The notes under the pieces were generated by a model that had not been told where the DNA came from, did not search any database, and saw only the letters and a list, made by a program, of their open reading frames with translations. A stretch of DNA of 64,000 nucleotides, taken from IMG/VR virus record IMGVR_UViG_3300042888_002665; one strand, 5' to 3'. This document shows positions 46,463 to 56,777 of this stretch, piece by piece. The DNA comes from a virus. The position numbers were made by a program, and so were the translations under genes. Numbering within the stretch: position 1 is the first letter of the stretch; each line of letters opens with the position of its first letter.

Positions 46463-47455
46463 TTAATAATCTAATTTAATTCTTATAAGTGCTTCTTTTG
46501 TAAAGTCTTTAATTAATGGACGTGACAATTTAGCTACACCTAACAACTCATTACTATCATTATACATTCCAACAGTAGTAACATATGTTTGTGGATTGTC
46601 AATTAATGTACTATATAACAAACTACCACTATCATTTATAATAGAGGGATTTGTTGTATAATTAAAGTCATTATTTTTAACTCTAGTAAAGAAATATCGT
46701 GATGACACGGTTTCTTGTGATTGCATTGTAAATAATGAACCTGTATATATTCTGTTAAATAAAGCGCTCATACTTCCACCAGAACTTCCACCAACTTCAG
46801 CTAATCCAATACCTCCACTAGATGATGGTAAACTTAAAGCTCTAGGATTTAATAAAATAATACCTAAGTCTGGGAATACTAATCCATAACTTCCGCTAAC
46901 TCCTTGGTTTTGAACATTAGCAATAGTTCCTGCACTTCCTGAAAGTAATGTATAATAGCGATTAGATCCAATAAAATTAGTAACAGATCCACTTACCACA
47001 CTATCATCAGTTAATTGTAATGATGATAAGCCAAACCCAGTTCCTGAAAGTTTTAATGTAAGTGAACCAGGTCTTATTGATTCTTTAAATCTAGCACGAG
47101 CAATTGATAAAGCCCAAAATGAACTTACTGTTGTTTCTCCAAATCTAAAAGAACTGTTTTCATCATTATAGATTAAACTTCTATATTGACCATAATTAAT
47201 ACGAGAAGGAGTATTTGTTGTAACGGCTGAATTAATAGGAGAATATCCGATTCCACCTAAATTAGCATATTGAATTGAAAATTGAATATTAGCTGCATCC
47301 ACACTATCATATACATCTAAGTTATATGATGTTCCTAAATCAGGATCAGGTGTATAAAAAGTAGTTAAAGTTGCATTATCGTTAGTCCATGCCCCTCTAG
47401 TGATAGTTTCTGAGCTTATTACTGAGTCTTCAGGATTGTATTGTATGAATGACAT
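46463..47455 (-). CDS. Baseplate wedge-like structural protein
   Basis: In the baseplate cluster; FNYTTNPS...VGMYND.NELL.VAKLS.P..K C-terminus. Confidence 0.65.
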   Translation of the reverse strand: MSFIQYNPEDSVISSETITRGAWTNDNATLTTFYTPDPDLGTSYNLDVYDSVDAANIQFSIQYANLGGIGYSPINSAVTTNTPSRINYGQYRSLIYNDENSSFRFGETTVSSFWALSIARARFKESIRPGSLTLKLSGTGFGLSSLQLTDDSVVSGSVTNFIGSNRYYTLLSGSAGTIANVQNQGVSGSYGLVFPDLGIILLNPRALSLPSSSGGIGLAEVGGSSGGSMSALFNRIYTGSLFTMQSQETVSSRYFFTRVKNNDFNYTTNPSIINDSGSLLYSTLIDNPQTYVTTVGMYNDSNELLGVAKLSRPLIKDFTKEALIRIKLDY

Positions 47456-47456
47456 G

Positions 47457-48119
47457 TTATATGTTGTTTACTTTGATTATGTTTATAGGAATCGTAATTC
47501 TAGCACCCGAATCTCTACCAATTACTGTTAAAGTAGTGGTTAGTTGAGATAATGAAGTACCAAATAATGTATTAATTGTAGTACCAGTTAATGTAAATGA
47601 AGCACCTAATACAGATCTACTTAATTTAGTACCCGTAGTTGTATTTGCATCTATTGCATCATTAGTAGCGTCAATTCCAACACCATTAAATACTGAAAGT
47701 AATCTTACATCAGCAATTGTTGCTGTATAACCATTAGCTTCAAATACAGAAGTAGATCCTAAATAATTTAATGTTTGAGGAGTAATAGTTAAGTTAGCAC
47801 CTTGACGTAGTGATATAGTATTATATCCTAAAGATATAACAGGTAATTTTGATGTGCCGCGAGGTAAAGTTACTAATTTATACTTCATTATTTGTGACTC
47901 ATCCGGAAATGCTTCAAGCATAGGCATAGCTTCAATAGCTTCACCATAAAATGCGGATCCAGATGGATGATTAGGATTATATAAAGTATAATCAATCTCA
48001 TCATCAGCTAATGCAAATTGTGTAATTTGAAAAGAACCATCATTTCGTGCTAATAATTCTCGTCCTTTTTTGGTTAATATAGCATCTACTGTTACTGTAG
48101 AATTATCTAGAATTGCCAT
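47457..48119 (-). CDS. Conserved baseplate-region structural protein
   Basis: DAILT.KGRELLA....F.ITQFAL.DDEIDY.L motif, familiar from large myovirus baseplate clusters. Confidence 0.65.
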   Translation of the reverse strand: MAILDNSTVTVDAILTKKGRELLARNDGSFQITQFALADDEIDYTLYNPNHPSGSAFYGEAIEAMPMLEAFPDESQIMKYKLVTLPRGTSKLPVISLGYNTISLRQGANLTITPQTLNYLGSTSVFEANGYTATIADVRLLSVFNGVGIDATNDAIDANTTTGTKLSRSVLGASFTLTGTTINTLFGTSLSQLTTTLTVIGRDSGARITIPINIIKVNNI

Positions 48120-48139
48120 AGTTTAATATGTTATTTTGG

Positions 48140-48148
48140 TATAAATAT
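48140..48148 (-). promoter_or_regulatory. ATATTTATA putative late promoter
   Basis: Upstream of ATG 48119. Confidence 0.6.
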
Positions 48149-48169
48149 ATATATTTTATTATTTTTTAA

Positions 48170-51100
48170 TTAAAATGAACCTCCATCAAAAGTTCCCATA
48201 TCAATTAATTTTTGTTTTACTTCTTTAGTAATAACGTCAATATTTTCTAATATCGCTGGGTTTACATTTTCCGGGATGATAAATCCTAAAGATGTTTCTC
48301 CTGGGTCTTTATCAAATGTCAATACTATATTATTTTCGTCTTTAACTCGTTTTAAAATTAAGAACTTATCTATTGTACTATTAAAATAATTAGGAATGGC
48401 TAGATTACTAGGAAGAGTTGAAGATAAAATCAAATTCAATCGACTAAAACTATCTTTATACGAATATATTATAATACTTTCAAATACTTTTGGTTGATTA
48501 TTTGTTGTATAGTGAAGAACTAAAACATCCCCTGATGATGGATTAAAATCATATGTAATGCTTCTATATGTATAATATAATGAGCTTTCATTTTTTGCAA
48601 CATTAGGGACAAATTGGTATCCAACTACACTACTTAATTCTGAATTTAGTATTATAGTGTTACTACTATTAGAACCATATATAAAAGGAGAAGTTGAATT
48701 AGTAATATTAGGATATGTACCAATCATACTAACATTTTGTTGATTAGTTAATATACCACCAACAGCTACACTTGCAGTGTAGTTTATTGGATTTTGATTA
48801 CTTTCAACAAGTTCAAAACTAATGACATCATTCTTTTTAAAATTTTGGAATTCTGTAGTTAAATTAAAATTTAACTTATTAGCTAAAGTAGTATCAGTAG
48901 ATATTTCTCTATATTGAGTATATGATTGAAAATCATTATTTACATCATATACTGTTTTGCCGCTTATAGTACCAACCGGAGATGCTGTTAATATTTGATT
49001 ATAATCAGTATCAGTCATAAAATATACTACTGGATTTGTTCCACTATATACTTCAATATTATTAACTATAGATGTAGTAATTGAACTATACATTGTTACT
49101 CTATAAAAAGTAGTACCTGAAGAAAGTGATCTACCTGTAGATACTCCAGTAGTTCCATCTATTATAGTTACTGTTTCTGGAAGAATATATACTCCGTCTT
49201 TAGTAAGGTAATTATCTTGTAAAGGTCCAACATAACTGTATGTAACTTTTCTAGATGTATAATCTAATTGTTGACTGTTTAATAAGCTACCATTCTTTTT
49301 AATATTATATTGGTACGATACTTTATCTCCAATATTAGGTATAGTTAATCCAATTGTAAATGCTGATGAGAATTGATGCGGACCGTCAGTATCTACAGTG
49401 TATGATGAGAAGCTTGTAGGTGTTAAACCATTGTCTGAGTAGTTAAAATTACCATTAGAAGTTGTATCTGGTATGTCTATAGATTTACCAAATAAACTAT
49501 ATACATTATTATTAACTATAGGATATACTATTGGGGTTCCTCCTTTTATTAGGCCGCCTTTTGTAGTAACTTTAAACTGTTTTACATTAAATGAAGTATC
49601 AGGAGTGTATTTAAAGTATAATTTATCATTTGTACTATTATATAACATAGGTGAATAATCGTATCCACTACTATATATTAATTTACTTCCATTAACTACT
49701 TTCTGATTAGCAAATTTTTGGGAGTCAAATAAAGAAACAATTCCTTTAGTTCCTGTTTTGAACATATTCTGAATATCTACCCAATATTTATTTCTCTCAT
49801 TTAATTCAGTTAAGTTACCATTTATATCAACCAAATATTTTATAGCTACGTTATTCTTTTGAGGAGATATTAAAAAATCATTATCTTTAATTTGGGTAAA
49901 TATACCTATTTGATTTGAATAATTATCAATAGCTGCAGTTTTACCAAACGAATTATCCCCAGCCCAAACAGAGGATTGGGAAGAATAAGTATTATATTTC
50001 AAACTAGTTAATTTTGTTCCTTCATAACGAGAACGTTTATGTCCCATTAATGTAGCATAACTATCTTGTAATTCAACACTTGAAGATATTCTAGTACCAC
50101 TATCTAATACTTGAGAAGTAGAGTATATGTTTTCTATTTTAAATCTTGATTTTGATTTTAAATTAGAAGATACATTATTTAATACAACATTAAAATCAGT
50201 ATTTTGAAATTGATGCAAATCAACATTTCCAACATTAAATAAGTAAGGATTTGGATTTGAATTTTCGTAATAATTATTAATATTTAAATATGAACCTGAA
50301 ATTTGTCCTGTATAAAATGAGGATTTATTTCCTTCTATTTTATTGTAATAATAACTATTATCTTCAGAAATAACAGGACTATTGTAGCTAGCATCAAGTA
50401 TATTTTGATTATTTAATTTAGGCTTAAAGGATTTAATTTTATTTCTTTCAAGAACTGGAGATTGGATTGTTATTCCAGTTAAAGTGTTAGTTCTAGTAGG
50501 AGTAAAATCCTTTAACATTTTAAATAAACTATTGTCAAAATACTTTACTAATTCAAAGAATCCCTTATAATCTAATCGTTTAGCACTTCCTGATATAGCC
50601 GCACTAGATGAGATAAATCTATTTTTTTGAGTATCTAATAGATTATAAGATGATGATTCGGCTAATCTAGGATCACCAATATAATCATCTAATGAAAATG
50701 TTGGGTTAGTTATAGCAATAGAAGATGATATTCGCTTGTTTAGTTCATTTTGTGGACTAAATGATAAATCTACAAAATGTAAGTCTGTTGATGCAAAATT
50801 ATTTGAAGAGGTAGGGGATTGTTGTACTGATACAAATGGAGATAAAATACTACCTGTAATAGTATTATTTTGAATGGTTATTTTATCATTATCATATCCT
50901 TTAAGTAATCCAGATTTAGTTGTTCCTCCGAATTCTTTAGGAGAAAACACACTACCTGTAATTCCGAATGTAGTTATTAAGTTTTGTAATCCAACTGTAG
51001 TTCCTTTATTTTTTAATAATAAAGGAAGATTATGATATATTCGTTTATATAATTCAGATACTAAATCTTTTCGAGGAATATTATTTAAAAAACTACTAGT

Positions 51101-52813
51101 TACTGAAAACATTGAAGGGTCGGCATCATTGAAAATTACACTTCCACTATTTGTTCCTTCTATATAATTAGTAAAATCTTCTCCTCCCTTACTATTATAT
51201 AAGGCAACACCCAATGAACGCAAAGTATCATATACAATATCTTTAGAAATACCTTTTTCTAAATTGTTATCAGCATTGTATAATTCATTAATTGATGTAA
51301 TATAAATCCACACATTGTCAAAATAATGACCAATCATATCTACAAAATCATAATATGATTGATAATTATCAGGATCATTTTTTATATAGTTAGGAATTAT
51401 ATTATATAACCAATCTAAATTTTCTTCATCATAATTAGCAGCGGATGAGGTATATGAATTATACCATGTTGATGTAGAAGGTGAAGATAAAATAGCATAT
51501 CCACTAGAAGTAGTATTAAATCTTAATGATAATGTATTAAGTCCTACAGTAGAAGATTGAGTTGTTAATAATTGTCCTGACCCTGAATATATCGATATTA
51601 CTTGAGGTAATTCATTTAAACTATGGGTAAAATTCCAAACTGGAGATTTAATCGGTTGGTAAAATAGTTTATTTATAAATCTATTAGTGTATGGTTTTAA
51701 ATTAGTTGATTTTGGCCATGCTTTAGAACCAGATTCAAAATATAAATAATGTTCAAACCCATCAAATTTAGATATGATATCATCTATTTTTAATTTTAAA
51801 GATGAAGTTTCTTGATTAGATAAAAAAGAAGAACTATTAGAGGATAATATATTATTTATATTGCTATTATATGATTCTATTAATCCTAATTTATAATTAA
51901 AAACATCTAATCTTTTTTTAGCTGAACTAAAATGGATAAAGTTTTCAAATGATGTATAATCAATATTTAAATCATATGAATTATCATTTATGTAATTTAA
52001 TGCATTGTAATATGATGATCCAGTTAATGAAGATATAAGAGAAGAATAGTTTTCATATCCCGTTGGTAATATATTTTTTACATCAACTTCAATATCAAAA
52101 TTAGGACGTCTTAATTTTGGGATAGGAGGTAAAACTATTAGTGTATCTAAATCAATATTAAATACATAGGGCTCAGTAATTTCTTCAACTACCCATAATG
52201 ATGTTTTAACTTCAATAGAAGGATCTAAAGGCTCATATAATTTAAATAATACTGTTGAATTAGTATTATCGATTGCTATATTTACTGCTACTTGTTGTAA
52301 ATTATTATTAAAATTTAATAAATATAATTTCTCATATGTAGAAGAATCAGAATCATTTATTAATATTTGAGATTGAGCAATTAAATCTTCAGCAGAAATA
52401 ACTACAGAATTAACCCTAATTTCGGTCCTATCTTCTGATATTTCGTCAATAAATAAATCAGCATTAAAATCTGATATTTTTCTTTTGAAGAAATTGTATT
52501 GGGTTTTAAAAGTACCTGTAGTATATCCTAAATTAGTTAAATCGTTAATAGGGTCTATTTCAATTATAGGAAGTGTCTGATTAGAATTAGTTCCAATATA
52601 TGAATCTGAAGGTAATTTGAAGTTACGGTAATTATAATCTATATATGATATGAAGTTAGACTCATCATATGCAAAAAATTCAATATAGTCATCTTGAAAA
52701 CCAAATGACTGCTTTAGATTATTAGAAGCTAATAAATTAAGATCTTCAACCTTAAATCTAGATATTCGTTCAATATCTCCAATATTACCTATAATTTTAA
52801 TATTATCAGCCAT
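48170..52813 (-). CDS. Large baseplate wedge protein (1547 aa, gp7-like position)
   Basis: NFIHFSSA..RL..F.YK...IE.Y, FV.MIG..FD..W.Y, LL.KNKGT..GL..LI..FGI and G..I...VLER.K motifs; located after gp6. Confidence 0.65.
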   Translation of the reverse strand: MADNIKIIGNIGDIERISRFKVEDLNLLASNNLKQSFGFQDDYIEFFAYDESNFISYIDYNYRNFKLPSDSYIGTNSNQTLPIIEIDPINDLTNLGYTTGTFKTQYNFFKRKISDFNADLFIDEISEDRTEIRVNSVVISAEDLIAQSQILINDSDSSTYEKLYLLNFNNNLQQVAVNIAIDNTNSTVLFKLYEPLDPSIEVKTSLWVVEEITEPYVFNIDLDTLIVLPPIPKLRRPNFDIEVDVKNILPTGYENYSSLISSLTGSSYYNALNYINDNSYDLNIDYTSFENFIHFSSAKKRLDVFNYKLGLIESYNSNINNILSSNSSSFLSNQETSSLKLKIDDIISKFDGFEHYLYFESGSKAWPKSTNLKPYTNRFINKLFYQPIKSPVWNFTHSLNELPQVISIYSGSGQLLTTQSSTVGLNTLSLRFNTTSSGYAILSSPSTSTWYNSYTSSAANYDEENLDWLYNIIPNYIKNDPDNYQSYYDFVDMIGHYFDNVWIYITSINELYNADNNLEKGISKDIVYDTLRSLGVALYNSKGGEDFTNYIEGTNSGSVIFNDADPSMFSVTSSFLNNIPRKDLVSELYKRIYHNLPLLLKNKGTTVGLQNLITTFGITGSVFSPKEFGGTTKSGLLKGYDNDKITIQNNTITGSILSPFVSVQQSPTSSNNFASTDLHFVDLSFSPQNELNKRISSSIAITNPTFSLDDYIGDPRLAESSSYNLLDTQKNRFISSSAAISGSAKRLDYKGFFELVKYFDNSLFKMLKDFTPTRTNTLTGITIQSPVLERNKIKSFKPKLNNQNILDASYNSPVISEDNSYYYNKIEGNKSSFYTGQISGSYLNINNYYENSNPNPYLFNVGNVDLHQFQNTDFNVVLNNVSSNLKSKSRFKIENIYSTSQVLDSGTRISSSVELQDSYATLMGHKRSRYEGTKLTSLKYNTYSSQSSVWAGDNSFGKTAAIDNYSNQIGIFTQIKDNDFLISPQKNNVAIKYLVDINGNLTELNERNKYWVDIQNMFKTGTKGIVSLFDSQKFANQKVVNGSKLIYSSGYDYSPMLYNSTNDKLYFKYTPDTSFNVKQFKVTTKGGLIKGGTPIVYPIVNNNVYSLFGKSIDIPDTTSNGNFNYSDNGLTPTSFSSYTVDTDGPHQFSSAFTIGLTIPNIGDKVSYQYNIKKNGSLLNSQQLDYTSRKVTYSYVGPLQDNYLTKDGVYILPETVTIIDGTTGVSTGRSLSSGTTFYRVTMYSSITTSIVNNIEVYSGTNPVVYFMTDTDYNQILTASPVGTISGKTVYDVNNDFQSYTQYREISTDTTLANKLNFNLTTEFQNFKKNDVISFELVESNQNPINYTASVAVGGILTNQQNVSMIGTYPNITNSTSPFIYGSNSSNTIILNSELSSVVGYQFVPNVAKNESSLYYTYRSITYDFNPSSGDVLVLHYTTNNQPKVFESIIIYSYKDSFSRLNLILSSTLPSNLAIPNYFNSTIDKFLILKRVKDENNIVLTFDKDPGETSLGFIIPENVNPAILENIDVITKEVKQKLIDMGTFDGGSF

Positions 52814-53151
52814 TATCTTTTATTTAATTCAGCTAAAGTTTTATTAGAAGCTAATAAATCATTTCTTAATACAGTTATTTCATTTAATAATGCTTGAATA
52901 TCAGTTTCATCAGCTAATTTAATTCCTAAATATTCAGCAGCTCTATTCAGCATATATCTATGAGAATCTATATCTCCTTCTTTTGGAATTTGAATGAATA
53001 AATTTTCATAGAGTTGAAAGAAATCTTCAAGAGTAAATGATATAGCTTCTTGATTATCTAAATTATTAATTAATTGGCTAAAATTTCTATTAACTAATTT
53101 ATTAAAATCACCTTTATTAAAAACAGATTTATCAAATGATATTTGAGCCAT
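52813..53151 (-). CDS. Baseplate-region small protein
   Basis: 112 aa with a C-terminal coiled coil and overlapping start/stop. Confidence 0.6.
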   Translation of the reverse strand: MAQISFDKSVFNKGDFNKLVNRNFSQLINNLDNQEAISFTLEDFFQLYENLFIQIPKEGDIDSHRYMLNRAAEYLGIKLADETDIQALLNEITVLRNDLLASNKTLAELNKR

Positions 53152-54224
53152 TATCTTATAACTTTAAAATAATTATTATCTTCAAACACTACGGTACTTC
53201 CACTAATTATAGATTTAATAACAATGGCATAATATCTTTCAGGTTGTAAACCATTCATATATAAATCAAAATAATTACCAGTTGTATTAGCAGATAATTT
53301 AGTATAAGTAGTATCAAAATCTATCACAAATTCTTCAGTTTTAATATCTTTAATAGCATAATATGAAGATGTTGGGAGGATTTTATTATTTAAATATACT
53401 GAAGATGTTTGGAATGTTCTTGTTGGAAATCTATCTCTAACATTTATTTTGAAACGATTTACTGAATCTTCTTGGAATTCGCCTTTATTATTAGATAAAG
53501 ATATTGATATATTATCAGATTGAACTACAGATAATGAACCCGTATTATACACAAAATCATTCCATCTAAATTCTAAACATGGAGGATAGATAGTATGGGT
53601 ATCAGCTGAAAAATATTTAGTCTCAAAAAATGAACTTGTTGAAAATTCTAATGATTTAGAATGTTTAATTATAAATCCATTTTGATAAAAACTGGAACTT
53701 ATAGCATTAGTTATATCCAATTCAATATCTTTATTAGTAGCGTATGTAAATGATTGAGTAGCTACTAAATTACTCCCAGTAAACCAAACTCCTCCACCAA
53801 CATTATTAGAATATGAAGATGTAACCCCATTAACAGCAGCATTAAATACACTACCACTCATCACATCCCGATAAAACCAACTTACACCATTAGTTGTAGC
53901 AGGAACATTTGCTGCTCTACCAGTACCCATATTCCAAGAACCTGAAATAGGGTGACAAAATAATGTATAGTCTAATGGAATTTCAGAAGCATTAGCCAAA
54001 TATAATTTTAAGTATGCTTTATAATTAGATGATAATATTTTATTATTTAATACATCAGAAATCTGTGAATTAGGGAATGATAGTAAAGCTCTTGATACCT
54101 CAGCTGTGCTTAATATAGAATAATATAAACTAATATCTAATATTTCATCTAATCCAGCATTTTTTGTTGGAAAATAAGAATATATTGATGCGTCTTTTTC
54201 GGGAAATATTTTATATACAGCCAT
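53151..54224 (-). CDS. Baseplate-region structural protein (beta-sandwich)
   Basis: MAVYKIFP.KDA.IYS, SW..G.G, FFS..THTIYPP.L...W.D and F.L.M.GLQPERYY motifs. Confidence 0.6.
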   Translation of the reverse strand: MAVYKIFPEKDASIYSYFPTKNAGLDEILDISLYYSILSTAEVSRALLSFPNSQISDVLNNKILSSNYKAYLKLYLANASEIPLDYTLFCHPISGSWNMGTGRAANVPATTNGVSWFYRDVMSGSVFNAAVNGVTSSYSNNVGGGVWFTGSNLVATQSFTYATNKDIELDITNAISSSFYQNGFIIKHSKSLEFSTSSFFETKYFSADTHTIYPPCLEFRWNDFVYNTGSLSVVQSDNISISLSNNKGEFQEDSVNRFKINVRDRFPTRTFQTSSVYLNNKILPTSSYYAIKDIKTEEFVIDFDTTYTKLSANTTGNYFDLYMNGLQPERYYAIVIKSIISGSTVVFEDNNYFKVIR

Positions 54225-54226
54225 TT

Positions 54227-56047
54227 TTAATATGCGATTACTCTACCATTTATATCAATATCAGGAAATCTTACTTCAAATATACTAGGATCTATAGATG
54301 GATATACAATTCCATTTCTAGTAGCACTATATATATCATATCCATATGGAGAATAATTTCCACCTTGCTTATTTACTATTTCAATTTTGCCTATAGATTG
54401 TACGCCAGGTACTTTTAATAAAAGCGAATTAATCTCCGATATTATAATAGGTTGATTAATCTGCCATGAGTCTATTGAAAAGTATGTTTTTAATGAAGAT
54501 ATGCAAGAAGATAATAATTCTTTACTATTATAACTTAAATCCCCAAATATTTCAAAATTTAATCCTATATTAATATAAAATGCGTCCTTAATGTTTATAG
54601 CATCAGTAATCATTCTATATTCATTAATATATGTTTTTAAATTTGATTTCAATGTTGAATTAGCATTAACTAATTGTTTAGATGAATTATACCCCAAAAC
54701 ATATAAATCTAAACTTAATGGATTATCTTTAATTAAATTTCCAATATTATTATAAGTTTCTTGAGTAATATATGCTTTAGATATACTTCCATATTGAGAC
54801 GGTAAACTTAAAGTACGAACAATATAGTCTTCTTTAGTTACTGCTCTATTTTGAGATGAAAATGAATTTAAAGCATTTAATCTTATTTCTTCTATAGTAT
54901 CACCACCTCTACCTCCAGTAGCAGGTATAGGATTATTACATACAATACTATCTAATACTGTATTTTGTAAATTAATATCTGATGGAGTAAATTTAAAGTC
55001 AATATTAGTTGTATCAATAGATGTTAATACATTAGCTTCTACATTAGAAGATAACCCACCTCCAGATAAATATTTAACTGTTAGTGTTGTATTTTGAGGA
55101 ACTAATCCATAACTTTTAGTAAAAAATATAGAAGCTTTATTATAATCATCGATTTTATCAGATACACTTGATACCAATCCTAAATTTATATTATCTGGGG
55201 TTGGTAATATTGATACATCTGAAGAACCACTAGATATTCCAGCACCAAATTGTAATTCTAGTTTATTATCAGGTTTTAAACGAGTAACAAATCTTCTAGG
55301 TACTTTATTTAATGATAGTAAGTAATTAATTCCACCATCACTTCCAGAAGTAGGATTAATAGAAGAAGTAAACAATGTTTCTTGAGCTAAATATGGAACT
55401 TCATACCATCTATTTCCATCACTATCAGTAACATTTAATATTTGAATTATATTTTCATCTTCAATAGTAATAGAATTAAACTTTATAGAATCTGTAAAAT
55501 CTATATCAATTGTATTAATATTAGCTGATATAGCATTAGTAGATTTTTTAATTAAGTAGTAATTATTATCAACAAATGATATCTCAGCAGAACTAGTATC
55601 TGAAAAATCAATAGCTGTAGTAGTTAAAAATTGTTGATTAGTTGTATTACTAGTTATAATAGTACTTTCAGGTACTCTAAGAGAATAAGATAAATCAGGA
55701 AATGAATTGGATCCACTAATTATACTGGGAAGGAGTTGATATATGTCGACTATAGTATTAGAAGCATATGATGCTTTAGGACGGTAACCGAATGAGTAAG
55801 CTAAATTATATAAACTTTCTTTTTCCTTAGCTAATAGTAAAAAATTCTCTTGAATTTGAGAATCAATATAAAATGAGGATACATCACCAACATAAGATGC
55901 CATTTCAATAAACATATTCCCGGGGGACGCTTCTGAAAAGTCATTATATATTGTAGGAAAATAACTTTTTGCAAATTCTTGAAGTGATAGTTTAAAATCA
56001 CTAAAAGTTTTATTTACATATTTAATATTTTTATCCTCATTTATCAT
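54227..56047 (-). CDS. gp6: Baseplate wedge subunit (T4 gp6/Baseplate J-like)
   Basis: DF...SPG..FIE..SYVGD..SFY.D, WYEV.YLA, YL.GGG..SN, GG...DTIEEIR..A...F..QNRAVT.EDY..R motifs. Confidence 0.9.
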   Translation of the reverse strand: MINEDKNIKYVNKTFSDFKLSLQEFAKSYFPTIYNDFSEASPGNMFIEMASYVGDVSSFYIDSQIQENFLLLAKEKESLYNLAYSFGYRPKASYASNTIVDIYQLLPSIISGSNSFPDLSYSLRVPESTIITSNTTNQQFLTTTAIDFSDTSSAEISFVDNNYYLIKKSTNAISANINTIDIDFTDSIKFNSITIEDENIIQILNVTDSDGNRWYEVPYLAQETLFTSSINPTSGSDGGINYLLSLNKVPRRFVTRLKPDNKLELQFGAGISSGSSDVSILPTPDNINLGLVSSVSDKIDDYNKASIFFTKSYGLVPQNTTLTVKYLSGGGLSSNVEANVLTSIDTTNIDFKFTPSDINLQNTVLDSIVCNNPIPATGGRGGDTIEEIRLNALNSFSSQNRAVTKEDYIVRTLSLPSQYGSISKAYITQETYNNIGNLIKDNPLSLDLYVLGYNSSKQLVNANSTLKSNLKTYINEYRMITDAINIKDAFYINIGLNFEIFGDLSYNSKELLSSCISSLKTYFSIDSWQINQPIIISEINSLLLKVPGVQSIGKIEIVNKQGGNYSPYGYDIYSATRNGIVYPSIDPSIFEVRFPDIDINGRVIAY

Positions 56048-56454
56048 TGTAATTCGATTATAATATTATCCTGTTGTCCTGAAATATTTAATTTGTAATC
56101 TATTTTTATTAAAATTGAATTATTATCAGTATCAGGATTAATTTCTATATTAATAATAGTAATTTCAGGAATATAAATACCTACATTAGTTAATATTTGA
56201 TTTTCTATCTTATAAAAAGTATTATCACTTATAGGTTCAAATAATAATCTAGGTAAATCAGCTCCAAATTCAGGATTTTCAATTCTTTCTCCTTTATATG
56301 TTAATAAAAGATTAATTAAATTAGATTTAATTTGTTCTTTAGTTGAATAAGTTTTAGGAAATACTCCCCCAGCATTAAAAGGTAAAGCTATACCTATAGA
56401 TATATTCTTATCTAAATCTCTAGGATCTATTTTTATTACTTGAGGTATTGGCAT
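56044..56454 (-). CDS. gp25: Baseplate gp25-like sheath initiator
   Basis: QIKSNL.NLLLT.KGER...PEFG..L..LLFEP...YIPEI motif. Confidence 0.9.
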   Translation of the reverse strand: MPIPQVIKIDPRDLDKNISIGIALPFNAGGVFPKTYSTKEQIKSNLINLLLTYKGERIENPEFGADLPRLLFEPISDNTFYKIENQILTNVGIYIPEITIINIEINPDTDNNSILIKIDYKLNISGQQDNIIIELQ

Positions 56455-56456
56455 AT

Positions 56457-56765
56457 TTATTCGTTATATTGTCTCATTGCTGCTAAATCTTGAGGAGTCA
56501 TAGTAGATGCTGTTTCAGCTATAATATCTAAATATGGATTTCCGGTTGATGGAGATTGGGGTTTAGAATAAGATTGTTGATGAGGAGTTGTTAATCCTAT
56601 AGAAGCTGCTAAATTTTGTCTATATGCTACCATATCAACATCCTGAGTAGTGAAACTCATAGTTCTATTTTCTTGTATGGGAGTAGGTTTAACTTGTGAT
56701 AGTTCTTCTCTTAGAACTTCACGAACAGCTTCTTTGATAAGTTTTTTAAATACGTCTACTTTCAT
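56457..56765 (-). CDS. Hypothetical protein with leader MKVDVFKKLIKEAVREVLRE
   Basis: 102 aa with its own promoter motif. Confidence 0.65.
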   Translation of the reverse strand: MKVDVFKKLIKEAVREVLREELSQVKPTPIQENRTMSFTTQDVDMVAYRQNLAASIGLTTPHQQSYSKPQSPSTGNPYLDIIAETASTMTPQDLAAMRQYNE

Positions 56766-56768
56766 GGT

Positions 56769-56777
56769 TATAAATAT
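56769..56777 (-). promoter_or_regulatory. ATATTTATA putative late promoter
   Basis: Immediately upstream of ATG 56765. Confidence 0.6.
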
